From the NCBI GenBank assembly GCA_964016885.1, contig OZ024747.1, forward strand, positions 9,114,001-9,178,000: 64,000 bases of DNA, read 5' to 3'. Position numbers and translations under genes: made by a program. The stretch comes from Eledone cirrhosa. Taxonomy: Eukaryota. Of this stretch, positions 41,511 through 57,576 are shown in pieces; within the stretch, counting starts at the first letter, position 1, and each line of letters starts with the position of its first letter. The notes beneath the pieces are model-generated. The model was not told the DNA's origin and made no database searches. It saw only the letters and a program-made list of their open reading frames with translations.

Positions 41511-44500
41511 GGCACCTCTTAACCAAATATACACCCCACCCCACTACCCCTACTCCATCCTCCCACTTCCACCCACACCACCCTTTCTCTGTAAAGTTAT
41601 GTTGGTACCACAGAACACCCAGTCCACACTGTAAATGTGGTTGGTGTTAGGAAGGGCATCCAGCCGTAGAAAACCTGCCAGAAACAGTTCTATACAAGCG
41701 AGACGCAGTCACCCGACCAATCTTGCCTCAAGTGGGACAAACCCGTCCAACCCATGCTAGAGTGGAAGGTAGACACTAAACGATGATGATGATGGGGAGC
41801 ATCAAGCAAGAGAGAGAAGGAATGCCATTTGTTTAGAAGACAAAGTTTTGTGTGAAATAGCACCATTTCTAGAAATTCTGTAGAAATCCCACACAGAAGT
41901 TTGTAGTGAAGGCTATAAATAGGAGGAGTGGTCATATTTGGACTTACCTCAGGTTTCTTGGCAGCAATAAATAGGATGTTATTTAGCCAACCTTCCAGAC
42001 ATTGGTTCCACAAGAGAGGATACAAGAATCTACAAGAGACAACAAAGTGACTGTTGGTGGTGGTGGTGGTGGTGTGGTGTAGATTGGTGTTGGTGGTGGT
42101 GTGGTGTAGATTGGTGTTGGTGGTGGTGTGGTGTAGATTGGTGGTGGTGTGGTGTAGATTGGTGTTGGTGGTGGTGTGGTGTAGATTGGTGGTGGTGTGG
42201 TGTAGATTGGTGTGGTGGTGGTGTGGTGTAGATTGGTGTGGTGGTGGTGTGGTGTAGATTGGTGTGGTGGTGGTGTGGTGTAGATTGGTGGTGGTGTGGT
42301 GTGGTGTAGATTGGTGTGGTGGTGGTGTGGTGTAGATTGGTGGTGGTGTGGTGTGGTGTAGATTGGTGGTGGTGTGGTGTGGTGTAGATTGGTGTGGTGG
42401 TGGTGTGGTGTAGATTGGTGTGGTGGTGGTGTGGTGTAGATTGGTGTGGTGGTGGTGTGGTGTAGATTGGTGGTGGTGTGGTGTAGATTGGTGTGGTGGT
42501 GGTGTGGTGTAGATTGGTGGTGGTGTGGTGTAGATTGGTGTGGTGGTGGTGTGGTGTAGATTGGTGTGGTGGTGGTGTGGTGTAGATTGGTGTGGTGGTG
42601 GTGTGGTGTAGATTGGTGGTGGTGTGGTGTGGTGTAGATTGGTGTGGTGGTGGTGTGGTGTAGATTGGTGTGGTGGTGGTGTGGTGTAGATTGGTGGTGG
42701 TGTGGTGTGGTGTAGATTGGTGTGGTGGTGGTGTGGTGGTGGTGTGGTGTAGATTGGTGTGGTGGCGGTGGTGGTGTGGTGTAGATTGGTGTGGTGGTGT
42801 GGTGTAGATTAGTGTGATAGTGGTGGTGTGGTGTAGATTGGTGTAGTGGTGGTGTGGTGGTGGTGGTGGTGTGGTGTAATGTGGTATAGTGTGTGATAGT
42901 GTGTAGTGTATTGCTGATATAGTGTGATGTAGCCTGGTATAGTGTAGTATGGTTGTGATGTAGTGTAGTATGGTTGTGATGTAGTGTAGTGTGGTGTGGT
43001 GTGGTGTAGTGTAGTGTGGTGTGGTGTGGTGTAGTGTGGAGTAGTGTGGTGTGGTGTGGTGTGGTGTGGTGTAAATATAGTGCAATGCAGTTCATTATAT
43101 TTATATATTGAAAGAGAATGCCATCTACCGGTTTTCCAGAAAACTGTTGTCTGGATTCACACAAACTGTAACAGCACCTGGGAAGGAAGATAACTGGAGG
43201 TAAATCTCTGGTTTGTATTTTATTAATTTTACCCACTATCATAGCCACCATCCTACCTACATTTTACCCACAATATTAGCCACCATCCTACCTACCTATT
43301 TACCCACTATCTTAGCCACCATCCTACCTACCATTTTACCCACTATCTTAGCCACCATCCTACCTACCATTTTACCCACTATCTTTCCCAACATCCTATC
43401 CACCATTTTACCGACCATTTTACCCACTAACTTACCCACCATTTCTCCCACTATCTTATGCACCATTTACCCACCATTTTACCCACAATGTTATACACTA
43501 GCTTACTCACAATTTGACTCACCATCTAACCAACTATCTTCACGTTCCCATCTTTTTACCCACCATTTTCCACATTTCACTACAATCTTACCATCTTACC
43601 CATCTTCCTATCCACATCTTACCCACATCTTACCCACAATAGACACCAATTTATAAACTGACCAATCTGTAACTGTCCAGAAATGTTTGGGTCTGGATGT
43701 GACTGGATAGCTCGTACGACATCAGTGATTTCAGTATAACTGTAAATATATAAGAGAAGATGGTGGGAGCAGTATAATGTGGAAAAACCAAAAAGGGTCG
43801 AGAGGACCCTTCAGTAGTGTTATACAGAGTACCCGACCTCCCATGGGTACAAGCTGAAGCATATAGACAATATGCCCCCCCCCTGCAAAGTGGTCGTGGA
43901 GGTGCCACGGCAAAAAAGCACCCAGCACTCACTGTAAATGAGGTTGGTGTTAGGAAGGGCATCCAGCTGTAGAAATCAAGCCAAATCAGTTCCTGTATGA
44001 GCAAGGCATGGTCAGCCGACCAGACACTGCCCACAACAGGACAACCCGTCTAACCCATGCTAGCGTGGAAGAACGGACGTAAAACGGTGATGATGATGAT
44101 GATGATGATGATGAATACCCAGTCATAGAAACCTTGCCAAACAAAGGGTTGGGAAGACCCTCCGTTGTGTGAAGGACATGACAACATCTCCATTGCTCTC
44201 AGTGGAATGTGAGACTGTACATAAGCAAGACACAAATGTTTGACCTGTGTGGGAGATCAGTAGCCACACTTCAGTACTGACTGGGTCTCTATAGACCCAT
44301 CCATCCTTTCCTAGCAGGGAAAGTAGATGTTAAAACAATGATGATGATGATGATGATGATTGTTTCTATTTTTGGCACAAGGCCATCAATTATCCCAGTG
44401 CATTACTGGTACTTTATTTTATCGACCCCCGTAAGGATGAAAGGCAAAGTTAACCTCGGTGGGATTTGAACTCAGAACATAAAGGGCCATAATTCTATGC

Positions 44501-47500
44501 TATAAAGCATGATGTCTGACGCTCTACTGATTCTGCCAATCAACCAATGATGATAGTGTAGTATAGTTCAGTGTTTTACATTTTTTCCCTTTATTAGAAA
44601 AGTAGAAGAATAGGGTTCAGTCCTTCGGTGTAACTCTGCCCCCTCTAAAACATTGATCAATGAATTAGTCCCCTCCCTACAATAGTAGACAATGACTCTC
44701 CCCCCCACCTCCTACAACAGTAGAATATCACTTACCCAGGTGTAACAACTATGATCCGTACAGCTTTCCTACCGCCACTCGCTGATCTGCGGACATGCTG
44801 AGATTGATTCTGAAGACTGGAAGAGAGCTGGTGCTGTAACTTACTGGGGTCAAACTCTTCTGTACTTCTGATTGGCTGTTGAAGAATTATCCACCTGTGG
44901 AGAGGAGGTATAGATATAGTGTAGCTGTGGTAGTGTAAAGTGGACCACTAGAGAGATATAGTGTAGCTGTGGTAGTGTAAAGTGGACCACTTGAGAGATA
45001 TAGTGTAGCTGTGGTGGAGGTAGAGTGGACCACTAGAGATATATAGTGTAGCTGTGGTAGTGTAAAGTGGACCACTAGAGATATATAGTGTAGCTGTGGT
45101 AGTGTAGAGTGGACCACTAGAGATATATAGTGTAGCTGTGGTAGTGTAAAGTGGACCACTAGAGATATATAGTATAGCTGTGGTAGTGTAGAGTGGACCA
45201 CTAGAGATGTGTAGCTGTGGTAGTGTAAAGTGGACCACTAGAGATATATAGTATAGCTGTGGTAGTGTAGAGTGGACCACTAGAGATGTGTAGCTGTGGT
45301 AGTGTAAAGTGGACCACTAGAGATATATAGTATAGCTGCGGTAGTGTAAAGTGGACCACTAGAGATATATAGTATAGCTGCGGTAGTGTAAAGTGGACCA
45401 CTAGAGATATATAGTATAGCTGTGGTGGTGGTAGAGAGGACCAGGAGGAGATATAGTATAGCTGTGGTGGAGGTAGAGTGGACCACTAGAGATATATAGT
45501 ATAGCTGTGTAAAGTGGACCACTAGAGATATATAGTCTAGCTGTGTAAAGTGAACCACTAGAGATATATAGTGTAGCTGTGGTAGTGTAAAGTGGACCAC
45601 TAGAGATATATAGTATAGCTGTGTAAAGTGGACCACTAGATATATATAGTATAGCTGTGGTAGTGTAAAGTGGACCACTAGAGATATATAGTATAGCTGT
45701 GTAAAGTGGACCACTAGATATATATAGTATAACCACCATCAGTACTCACCTGTTATAGTCTTTAGCCAATCCAGTTAGTACTTTACACAAACTCTCTTTA
45801 TGACTTCCTCTGATTCCACAAAGTATAGTGACCACCACCTGAAAGTTGACCACATAACACTTTTATATCAATCAACACCAATAACGGACCTCACAATTAT
45901 TTTATATATAAACACTAATAACGGACCTCACAACACTTTTATATATAAACACTAATAACGGACCTCACAATTATTTTATATATAAACACTAATAACGGAC
46001 CTCACAACACTTTTATATATAAACACACACTAATAACGGACCTCACGACAATTTTATATATAAACACACAGTAATAACGGACCTCACAACAATTTTATAT
46101 TAATCAACACTAATAACGGACCTCACAACAATTTTATATATAAACACTAATAACGGACCTCACAACAATTTTATATATAAACACTAATAACGGACCTCAC
46201 AACAATTTTATATCAATCAACACTAGTAACTGACCACAATTTTATCTACAAATGCAAATAACTGACCACATAACACTTAACACTAATTACTGACCACACG
46301 ACCCTAAACAACATTTACAAACCTATATCTGGTATACATCTGTTGTACTTATTCTGAACAATATCTGATCAATGTTTGCTACACAGCTATTTGTACATCT
46401 GATCTATATCTGGTATACAACTGTTGTACATATTCTGAACTATATCTGGTCTAGGTATAATAATGTTTTACATATTCTGATATATATCTGGTATACATCT
46501 GTTTTAAATATTCTGAACTACATCTGGTCAATGTTTGCTATATATCTGGACATCTGTTAGCTATATATCTGGACAGCAGGATGTATGTGCAGTTTACATC
46601 TGGTGTAAGACTGGTGTACATATAGGTTCCAATGTGTGTACATATGATATTGGGTATGACGGTATCAGATGAGTAGGTTTTTATGTCAGATTCTGTGTGG
46701 CTATAAAATGGATATTAACAGCAGATCTTGACCACAAATACAGTCGTTCTAACCCACCCTTCCCACAACCACCATCTCAACCATACTTACCTTATTGTGT
46801 CCAGTATGGTCAATGACATCAGGAGTACTAGGAGGTGGATTGGACCCTGGCAGTAATATTGACCCTAGGTCAGTGGGAATTGGTTGTTCTATGTGGCTGT
46901 TACTGACCAGTAAATGATCCAGGAATCTGTAACATAGAAATACAGCTGTTGTTGTTGTTGTTGTTTAGAATGTTATGATGTTGCCCCCATCTATATATAG
47001 AGAGGGGGAGTGCCAGGCGAGAGATATGTACATAAATAGAGAGAGAAAAGGAGCGCTATTTGTTTAGAGATAGTGAGTGAGAGAGAGAGTAAGTGTGTGA
47101 CAGAAAGAGGGAGACAATGTCACCCTCATCTAATACTACTAATAATAACAATATATATATATATATAGTAAGACATGTCAACATGAAAAGACCTGTTATT
47201 TTTATCTATCTTATTTCTCATTCTTTCTTCTGATGAAGGACTAGCGTCCGAAACGTTAAGACCCTCTTTTTGTTATATCAAGCGTTAACCTAATATATTC
47301 CTTCCATATACTGTACCGATTGTGTTGTTATTTCTGTTTACCTTTTACATACATATATATATATATCATCATCATTGTTTAACGTCCATCTTCCACGCTT
47401 GCATTGGTTTGGACGGGAATTTTCCCACTTGAGGCAAGATTGGTTGTCTTGCTCACTGTCTGGCGGGTTTTCTACAGCTGGATGCCCTTCCTAACACCAA

Positions 47501-48292
47501 CCTCATTTACAGTGTGGACTGGGAGGTTTTTACCGTGTTACCTACACACACATATATATATATATATGATGAACAATAAGACAGTATCTTTCTACTAAAC
47601 TGCACTCTCAAGGCATTGATCAACCTGAGGCTAAGGTACCATGTAATGATATTGAACCTGTAACCATGTGGCGGTGAAATTAACTTCTTAACCACACAGC
47701 CATGCCCCCCCCCCCCCCATAAACCTCACTTCTAATGTCCAGAAATTAGATGGCGTTACCAACACAACCTCCTAAACTAGTGACTCAATTAATATAAAGA
47801 GAACATTCTCACATGTCCAGTCCATAGAGATGGTCAGTTGCTTGCTCCAGTGTCCACTCCATCTGCTGATTGGCTGCTACCTCCACTGTTGAGGTCAGTT
47901 TGGTGTTATACCTGGTGGGAAGACATATTGCACATAATAGGATATTATTGTACAGTGCAGTGAAGTGCAGTAACAAGAGAGTGTGTGTGTGTATATATAT
48001 ATATATAAACATTAATTGAAAAGGAGGTTTGAAGTGATGGGTGTTATATGAATTCATATAACACCAGTATTCTCAGGACGAAGGGCAGCTGTAAACAGCT
48101 GGATACTATCAGTATAGTAAATTATTATTTTTTTTCAGGTAAAGATATAACCTCAAATAGAATGAAGAGTGGGAGAGAGAGGAAGAAAGAGAGTCTAAAG
48201 AATGAGATGAGAGAGAGAGAGAGAGAGAGAGAGGGGAAGAGAAGAGGAGAAAAGTGGGAACAAAAACGTGCTGAGAATACTCCAATGTTATG

Positions 48293-48346
<54 letters not shown>

Positions 48347-51300
48347 AAATGTGGTGGTGTCTAACAGACAAGGGTTAAGGGGGAATGTCTAAATGAGAGG
48401 AACCATCTTACAGTTTTGTTATGTTGTCAGGGAGTTGCTTCAGATAAATAACTGGAATGGGTCCACTCTTCCAATGTGGTAGCAACTGGAAAGAAAGTAG
48501 AAGTTTAGAATAATTGTTTCTACATTTGGCACAAGGCCAGCAATTACCCAGTGTATTACTGGTACTTTATTTTATCGACCCCGAAAGGAAGAAAAGCAAA
48601 GTCAACCTCGGCGGGATTTGAACTCAGAATAGCAATAGTAGAAGTTTACAATAATAATAGATTGTATGATGTCTGCCATGTTGTATGGTGGTGAGACATG
48701 TCCACCGAATATAGAAGATATACAAAGGCTAGACATTCGTCAAGCATGTTAAATATACATAAATGATGAAGCAGAGATGAGTTAAGAGAATAACTATGTA
48801 TAAGAGGAATCACATATAGTGTAGAGGAGAGAAGATTGCATTAGTACAGGCATGTAATGCACACAGATGATATCCACAGTCATTTCACATACAGACTACA
48901 TCTAATTCCTCTTATACCCACCTTTTTTCTCATCTCATCTGTGCTTTGCCATTCAATCACACTGACAATACACCCCCTAGCAGAGTATGCTCCCCTTATT
49001 TCTTTCCAGCCTTCACACACCACCAATACCATATCTACTATTTCACACACCACCAATACCATATCTACTATTTCACACACCACCAATACCATATCTATTA
49101 TTTCACACACCATCAATACCATATCTACTATTTCACACACCACCAATACCATATCTATTATTTCACACACCACCAATACCATATCTATTATTTCACACAC
49201 CATCAATACCATATCTACTATTTCACACACCATCAATACCATATCTACTATTTCACACACCATCTATACCATATCTATTATTTCCCACACCACCAATACC
49301 ATATCTATTATTTCACACACCATCTATACCATATCTACTATTTCACACACCACCAATACCATATCTACTATTTCACACACCATCTATACCATATCTATTA
49401 TTTCACACACCATCTATACCATATCTATTATTTCACACACCACCAATACCATATCTACTATTTCACACACCATCTATACCATATCTACTATTTCACACAC
49501 CACCAATACCATATCTACTATTTCACACACCACCAATACCATATCTATTATTTCACACACCACCAATACCATATCTACTATTTCACACACCATCTATACC
49601 ATATCTATTATTTCCCACACCACCAATACCATATCTATTATTTCACACACCATCAATACCATATCTATTATTTCACACACCATCAATACCATATCTATTA
49701 TTTCACACACCACCAATACCATATCTACTATTTCACACACCATCTATACCATATCTATTATTTCCCACACCACCATTACCATATCTATTATTTCACACAC
49801 CACCAATACCATATCTATTATTTCACACACCATCAATACCATATCTACTATTTCACACACCATCTATACCATATCTATTATTTCACACACCACCAATACC
49901 ATATCTACTATTTCACACACCATCTATACCATATCTACTATTTCACACACCACTAATACCATATCTACTATTTCACACACCACCAATACCATATCTATTA
50001 TTTCACACACCACCAATACCATATCTACTATTTCACACACCATCTATACCATATCTATTATTTCCCACACCACCAATACCATATCTATTATTTCACACAC
50101 CATCAATACCATATCTATTATTTCACACACCATCAATACCATATCTATTATTTCACACACCACCAATACCATATCTATTATTTCACACACCACCAATACC
50201 ATATCTATTATTTCACACACCATCTATACCATATCTATTATTTCACACACCACCAATACCATATCTACTATTTCACACACCACCAATACCATATCTATTA
50301 TTTCACACACCATCTATACCATATCTATTGTTATACACAATATTTCTCTCTATACACAACCATCATACATTGTCCTTCACTAGGAGAGACAGACTTACAA
50401 AATAAAAGACACAACAATATAAAACAAAGGAATCATTCGACTTATATTTGAACTAAAAGAGAAAATAAAGTAACAAACCTTAGCATAGAGAGCTTTGTTG
50501 GCTTTAGTTCCAGGTTGAAATAACAATACTAATGTTCTGTTGTTACTGACAGAAGGGACCAAGAGGTTGTGTCTGCTGTTAGCTGTTATGTTAACAAACA
50601 CAATCGTTGTAGAACTGCTGGATTCCTTTTTAAAGAGAAATTAATAAATAATAGATATATTTATACATATTCGTCTAACCCATGTTAGCATGGAAAAATG
50701 GACGTTAAACGATGAAGATGATAATAATTGTTTCTACTTTTAGCACAAGGCCAGCAAATATCCCAGTACATTACTGGAGCTTGATTTTATTGACCCTGTA
50801 AGGATGATAATAATGATGCTAATAATGATACATACACACCCACACCGACTTGAATAATGTATTGTAGGTGTTCATATTATCTGGTTTGTGATGTCAAATG
50901 TGTGCAGGCATATCAATGGTCAGTAGTGAGATAAAATAGGGAACTTGTGTGTATTTAAACATTGCACTGCTGCAATGTAGGTGAAGAACACGGCCAACAA
51001 TAGCTGGGATGAAAGCAGCTAGCTTCATCAACTGGGTAGAATTGATCCACTATTCCACAGACTGCCCCTACCATTAGTGGCTTTGTAAGGCCTCCTGGTA
51101 TCTATAGAGGTGTCACCTCCATTGTAATGAGGAATTTGTCAAATGGAAAACTCATCAATATCTCCCATGGACTACCGTCTCTTGTTTAAATGTCAAACTA
51201 CATCAGCTAGTGTTGAGTGTAGTTTTTCAATGCTTGGTAAAATACTAACTAAAGACAGTTGTTTTCTCCTGATAATATGAAACATCAAAATTGCAGCAAT

Positions 51301-54300
51301 GTATAATAGGTAAATAGTTTGGATTTTGTCATTTGATGTTATTTTTTTAATGAATAATAAAAATCTTGAGTTAAAATTTATATCTTTAGGCATGTATAGG
51401 GTCTAAAAACTAAAAATGTTAGGGACTAAAAAACCCTAATCATTACTAATGGCCTTATAAGGTCTGTTTGAGGCCTGTAGATGTGATTACTTACCTCATA
51501 ATAAATGTTCAGACTTGTGATCCCAGAATTGGGGACAACAACAGGATTCTGGCCACCCAAATGGACAACAAGACCATGTTGTTGTACATAGAGATGTCCT
51601 GCAAAAGATAGGTAGAATATACCTTGAATATGATGATGATGATGATGATGAGGAGGAGGAGGATGTGACTGTGGTGGTGGGGATAGTGATAATGGAGCTG
51701 TTAGTGATGGTAGTGATAATGATGGTGATGATGGTGGTGGCTATGGTGATGAAAATGGTAGTGCTGCTGCTGATGATGATGACAGAGATGTGGTATGATG
51801 ATGATGATGATGATGATGATAGTAATGGTATGATGACGATGGTGATGGTAATTTTAAGATATTCATCCACCTCTATAAGAGCTGAGCTACAACAACATGA
51901 TAATTGACCCCCTCCACCTTCAACAACAGTAACACCACTACCCTCTCACCACTGCTTCCGCCGTCACCACCACCATCTCCACCACCACAACTACAGTGAC
52001 CACCTGAAGCAGGACAACAACAACAACAACAGAGCTATATTCAACATAAAAATCCACTAACCAGTTCTCACAATATCCCACAATGCCTCAGTATCGACCA
52101 CTTCAATACTACCGCCATCCCACACCACATCTCCTAACATGTTAGACAGCTTCAGACAGTCACGTATATCTACCATATTGTCTTGGACTGGAGCATTCTA
52201 AGATAAATAAGATGATAGAGGTCATAATACATGTCATAGAATATATGTCATAGCATACATGTCAGAACACACATATTATAGACAAACACACACACATACT
52301 GAACCATTAAGTTAAGATAAGTCATAGAAGAGATTTAAGTTAAGATAAGTCATAGAAGAGATTTAAGTTAAGATAGGTCACAGAAGAGATTTAAGTTAAG
52401 ATAGGTCACAGAAGAAATTTAAGTTAAGATAGGTCACAGAAGAGATTTAAGTTAAGATAGGTCACAGAAGAGATTTAAGTTAAGATAGGTCATAGAAGAG
52501 ATTTAAGTTAAGATAAGTCATAGAAGAGATTTAAGTTAAGATAGGTCACAGAAGAGATTTAAGTTAAGATAGGTCACAGAAGAAATTTAAGTTAAGATAG
52601 GTCACAGAAGAGATTTAAGTTAAGATAGGTCACAGAAGAAATTTAAGTTAAGATAGGTCACAGAAGAGATTTAAATTAAGATAGGTCACAGAAGAAATTT
52701 AAGTTAAGATAGGTCACAGAAGAGATTTAAGTTAAGATAGGTCACAGAAGAGATTGGTGTGTTGATAGAATGGTGAATACTTACTGTCCAACAATGATAT
52801 CTTGGTATTTGACTGGTCAGAACTAGTAGCTCTGTAGATTTAGTGACCACTGCATCTGACAATAGAAGATTGACACAGAGGTAGGATTATTAACCATCAG
52901 ATATCATATCAGGGTACTGTGGGTAATGGAACTGTGGTGTAATGTGGGTAGTGGCATAGTGTGGGGAGAGGAATAGTAGTGGAGCATGGATAGTGGAATA
53001 GTGGTGTAGAAGGTAATGTGAGGGTGGTGGTGTGGTGTAGTGGAATGGTGGTGTAGTGTGGGGAGTGAACATTACATATGCTTCCTATCTCTCCTAGTTA
53101 GGGGATAATAAGGAGCACATGTTTTCAGTAAGGGAGAAATAGACACCACATGTCTCAGGATGGGAAAAATAGGCACCACATGCCCCGGGGTTATCTTCAA
53201 TGTAGTTAGTTTGTTCAATCTAAGAATCAAATATTCCATCAACAAATTCTCTACTTTCTTTAAAATAGGGACATGAGCCAGTGAGGGCAGCAAATATTGC
53301 AATAAACACAGAATAGGGACCATATGAGCCAGTAAGGGCAGAAAGAGCAAATGAATAAATGATTGGTTGACCTGTGGCTTTGTCTGTATCATAGGCCTGT
53401 ATAGAGATGACAGTTAACCTACATAAGCAACAACTTACCATCATCAGAGACATAGGCCTGTATAGAGATGACAGTTAACCTACATGAGCAACAACTTACC
53501 ATCATCAGAGACATAGGCCTGTATAGAGATGACAGTTAACCTACATGAGCAACAACTTACCACCATCAGAGACATAGGCCTGTATAGAGATGACAGTTAA
53601 CCTACATGAGCAACAACTTACCATCATCAGAGACATAGGCCTGTATAGAGATGACAGTTAACCTACATGAGCAACAACTTACCATTATCAGAGACATAGG
53701 CCTGTATAGAGATGACAGTTAACCTACATGAGCAACAACTTACCATCATCAGAGACATAGGCCTGTATAGAGATGACAGTTAGCCTACATGAGCAACAAA
53801 TTACCATCATCAGAGACATAGGCCTGTATAGAGATGACAGTTAGCCTACATGAGCAACAACTTACCATCATCAGAGACATAGGCCTGTATAGAGATGACA
53901 GTTAACCTACATGAGCAACAACTTACCATCATCAGAGACATAGGCCTGTATAGAGATGACAGTTAACCTACATGAGCAACAACTTACCATTATCAGAGAC
54001 ATAGGCCTATATAGAGATGACAGTTAACCTACATGAGCAACAACTTACCATCATCAGAGACATAGGCCTGTATAGAGATGACAGTTAGCCTACATGAGCA
54101 ACAAATTACCATCATCAGAGACATAGGCCTGTATAGAGATGACAGTTAACCTACATGAGCAACAACTTACCATTATCAGAGACATAGGCCTGTATAGAGA
54201 TGACAGTTAACCTACATGAGCAACAACTTACCATCATCAGAGACATAGGCCTGTATAGAGATGACAGTTAGCCTACATGAGCAACAAATTACCATCCTCA

Positions 54301-55636
54301 GAGACATAGGCCTGTATAGAGATGACAGTTAGCCTACATGAGCAACAACTTACCATCATCAGAGACATAGGCCTGTATAGAGATGACAGTTAACCTACAT
54401 GAACAACAACTTACCATCATCAGAGACATAGGCCTGTATAGAGATGACAGTTAACCTACATGAGCAACAACTTACCATTATCAGAGACATAGGCCTGTAT
54501 AGAGATGACAGTTAACCTACATGAGCAACAACTTACCATCATCAGAGACATAGGCCTGTATAGAGATGACAGTTAGCCTACATGAGCAACAAATTACCAT
54601 CATCAGAGACATAGGCCTGTATAGAGATGACAGTTAGCCTACATGAGCAACAACTTACCATTATCAGAGACATAGGCCTGTATAGAGATGACAGTTAACC
54701 TACATGAGCAACAACTTACCATCATCAGAGACATAGGCCTGTATAGAGATGACAGTTAGCCTACATGAGCAACAAATTACCATCATCAGAGACATAGGCC
54801 TGTATAGAGATGACAGTTAGCCTACATGAGCAACAACTTACCATCATCAGAGACATAGGCCTGTATAGAGATGACAGTTAACCTACATGAGCAACAACTT
54901 ACCATTATCAGAGACAAGCAGGGAAGAAACAAGGAATGTTTCTCCAAAACTCAGAGAACCAACATGGTCACTGTTGCTGCTCCCATCACAGTCTGGAATG
55001 TTCCAAATACTCATCTGAAGCCATTTGATGGTTGTCTGATGTCCAGCTTTGTCTAAGGAAGAACTCCGCCTGTGTGGATAGTAAAGACACTGAGAATACA
55101 CATATTTATAAAACATATACATACACATACATAAATACACACACACAGATGCACCCACACACACATGTCAGCTAGTAAAGTCTGTGACCACCACTGGGCA
55201 ATGTGCTGACTGTAAGTGATCCAGAATATTCTAAATGGTTAATATTCCTACCTTGACCTGTCACCGATATCTTCCAACACAAATTCCATATTTTTACTGA
55301 AATAAATATCATAAATTCAATTATAGAACCCAAGAAAAATTAATAAGCGAGGGTGGGTGGGGGTGGGGGCGATTATTCAAGACCTGAGAGTATATACATT
55401 CACACACACACACACTCATATATATAACATATGCATATTCACACATATATATATATATTCACACACACACACACACACTCAAATATATAACATATGCATA
55501 TTCACACATATATATATATATTCACACACACACACATATAATATACATATTGAAATATATATAGTGATTTCATGTAATTAAAATTTTACAGCATATCTTC
55601 CAGTCTGGCCTTCTGTTGTCGTTTTATAAAAATATT

Positions 55637-55710
<74 letters not shown>

Positions 55711-57393
55711 TATATATATTATAGATAATGATATATACACACACATATATATTTATATAACATATACATATTCACATAAATATTTACACACACATACATA
55801 TATATATAACATATACATATTCACATAAATATTTACACACACATACATATATATATAATATATACATATTCACATATATATCTACACACACAAGCGTGTA
55901 TTCAATAAAAAAAACAACAAATAGCTCAGTTAAAATGCTGCCAGAAGAAATTAAAAAGACATAACCTGAAAGCAGAAAGTATTACATTTAATGTTGATTA
56001 AAAATATTTATTTTGAGAAGTTGTCAGTGAATATATCCACCAGGGAGTGTGAAATGTGTCAAATATTTTAACCATTCCCCTTCATGCAGGAAATGCTCCA
56101 AATCTTACAGTCATGCCTGCTTCTCTTTACCTATCTAGAGAAATTATTTAGCATCATCATCATTGGCTCATTACTCCTGATGGAGTCACAGGGGTGATGT
56201 TGTGATACACAGTGAGTGTTGCACATTTAACCCTTTAGCCTTTAAACTTTAAACCGGCCGTATCTGGCCAGAATTCTCTCACCTCTTTCTGTTCAAACCA
56301 GCCATAACTGGTTGCTCATACTGACGTTAAGGTATTGTTCTTAAAAGAAATAATATCAAAATCTCATAGATTCAATATTATGTAAGATAATTATGAGAGA
56401 TAAAGTGTTTACCATGGAAATATAATAGTAAATATAGAGTAATGTAAAAGTTAATAGTAAATATAGAGTAATGTAAAAGTTAATAGTAAATATAGAGTAA
56501 TGTAAAAGTTAATAGTATATATAGAGTAATGTAAAAGTTAATAGTATATATAGAGTAATGTAAAAGTTAATAGTATATATAGAGTAATGTAAAAGTTAAT
56601 AGTATATATAGAGTAATATAAAAGTTAATAGTATATATAGAGTAATATAAAAGTTAATAGTAAATATAGAGTAATATAAAAGTTAATAGTAAATATATAG
56701 AGTAATGTAAAAGTTAATAGTAAATATAGAGTAATATAAAAGTTAATAGTATATATAGAGTAATATAAAAGTTAATAGTATATATAGAGTAATATAAAAG
56801 TTAATAGTAAATATAGAGTAATATAAAAGTTAATAGTATATATAGAGTAATATAAAAGTTAATAGTATATATAGAGTAATATAAAAGTTAATAGTAAATA
56901 TAGAGTAATATAAAAGTTAATAGTATATATAGAGTAATATAAAAGTTAATAGTATATATAGAGTAATATAAAAGTTAATAGTAAATATAGAGTAATATAA
57001 AAGTTAATAGTATATATAGAGTAATATAAAAGTTAATAGTAAATATAGAGTAATATAAAAGTTAATAGTATATATAGAGTAATATAAAAGTTAATAGTAT
57101 ATATAGAGTAATATAAAAGTTAATGTTTTATTCCATTCCTTGATGTAAATTTCTATCAATTATTTAAACTATGTCATATGGACAAGCTTTCAGAATTCAA
57201 ATTATCACACACTAAATTGTATAAACCACCAAATTCATTGACAGACCTTTTGCTGAGGTGACTTTCCAGGACATTATTCTTGAGCAAGACACTTGATTTA
57301 CTGAGGACATCTAAAGCTTTATTCTGTGCCTGAAAAATCACAAGACCCAGTTTTCAGCTCTATGATAATAATAAATAATAGAGACAATATACA

Positions 57394-57427
<34 letters not shown>

Positions 57428-57440
57428 TATATATGTGTGC

Positions 57441-57487
<47 letters not shown>

Positions 57488-57529
57488 TATGTGTATGTAT
57501 ATATATATATATACACACAGATATATATC

Positions 57530-57576
<47 letters not shown>

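Noticed and set aside
41983-50405. Long H/T/P-rich ORFs (41983-43251, 48857-50405)
   Set aside because: Intronic minisatellites open in several frames; no coding signature.
53072-53453. Short ORFs next to the 61-bp array
   Set aside because: Not needed for the DNAAF9 frame, no recognisable domain, degenerate local repeats.
53390-54915. CRISPR-like appearance of regular arrays (also 61983-62545)
   Set aside because: Head-to-tail units without unique spacers, no cas genes, eukaryotic context.
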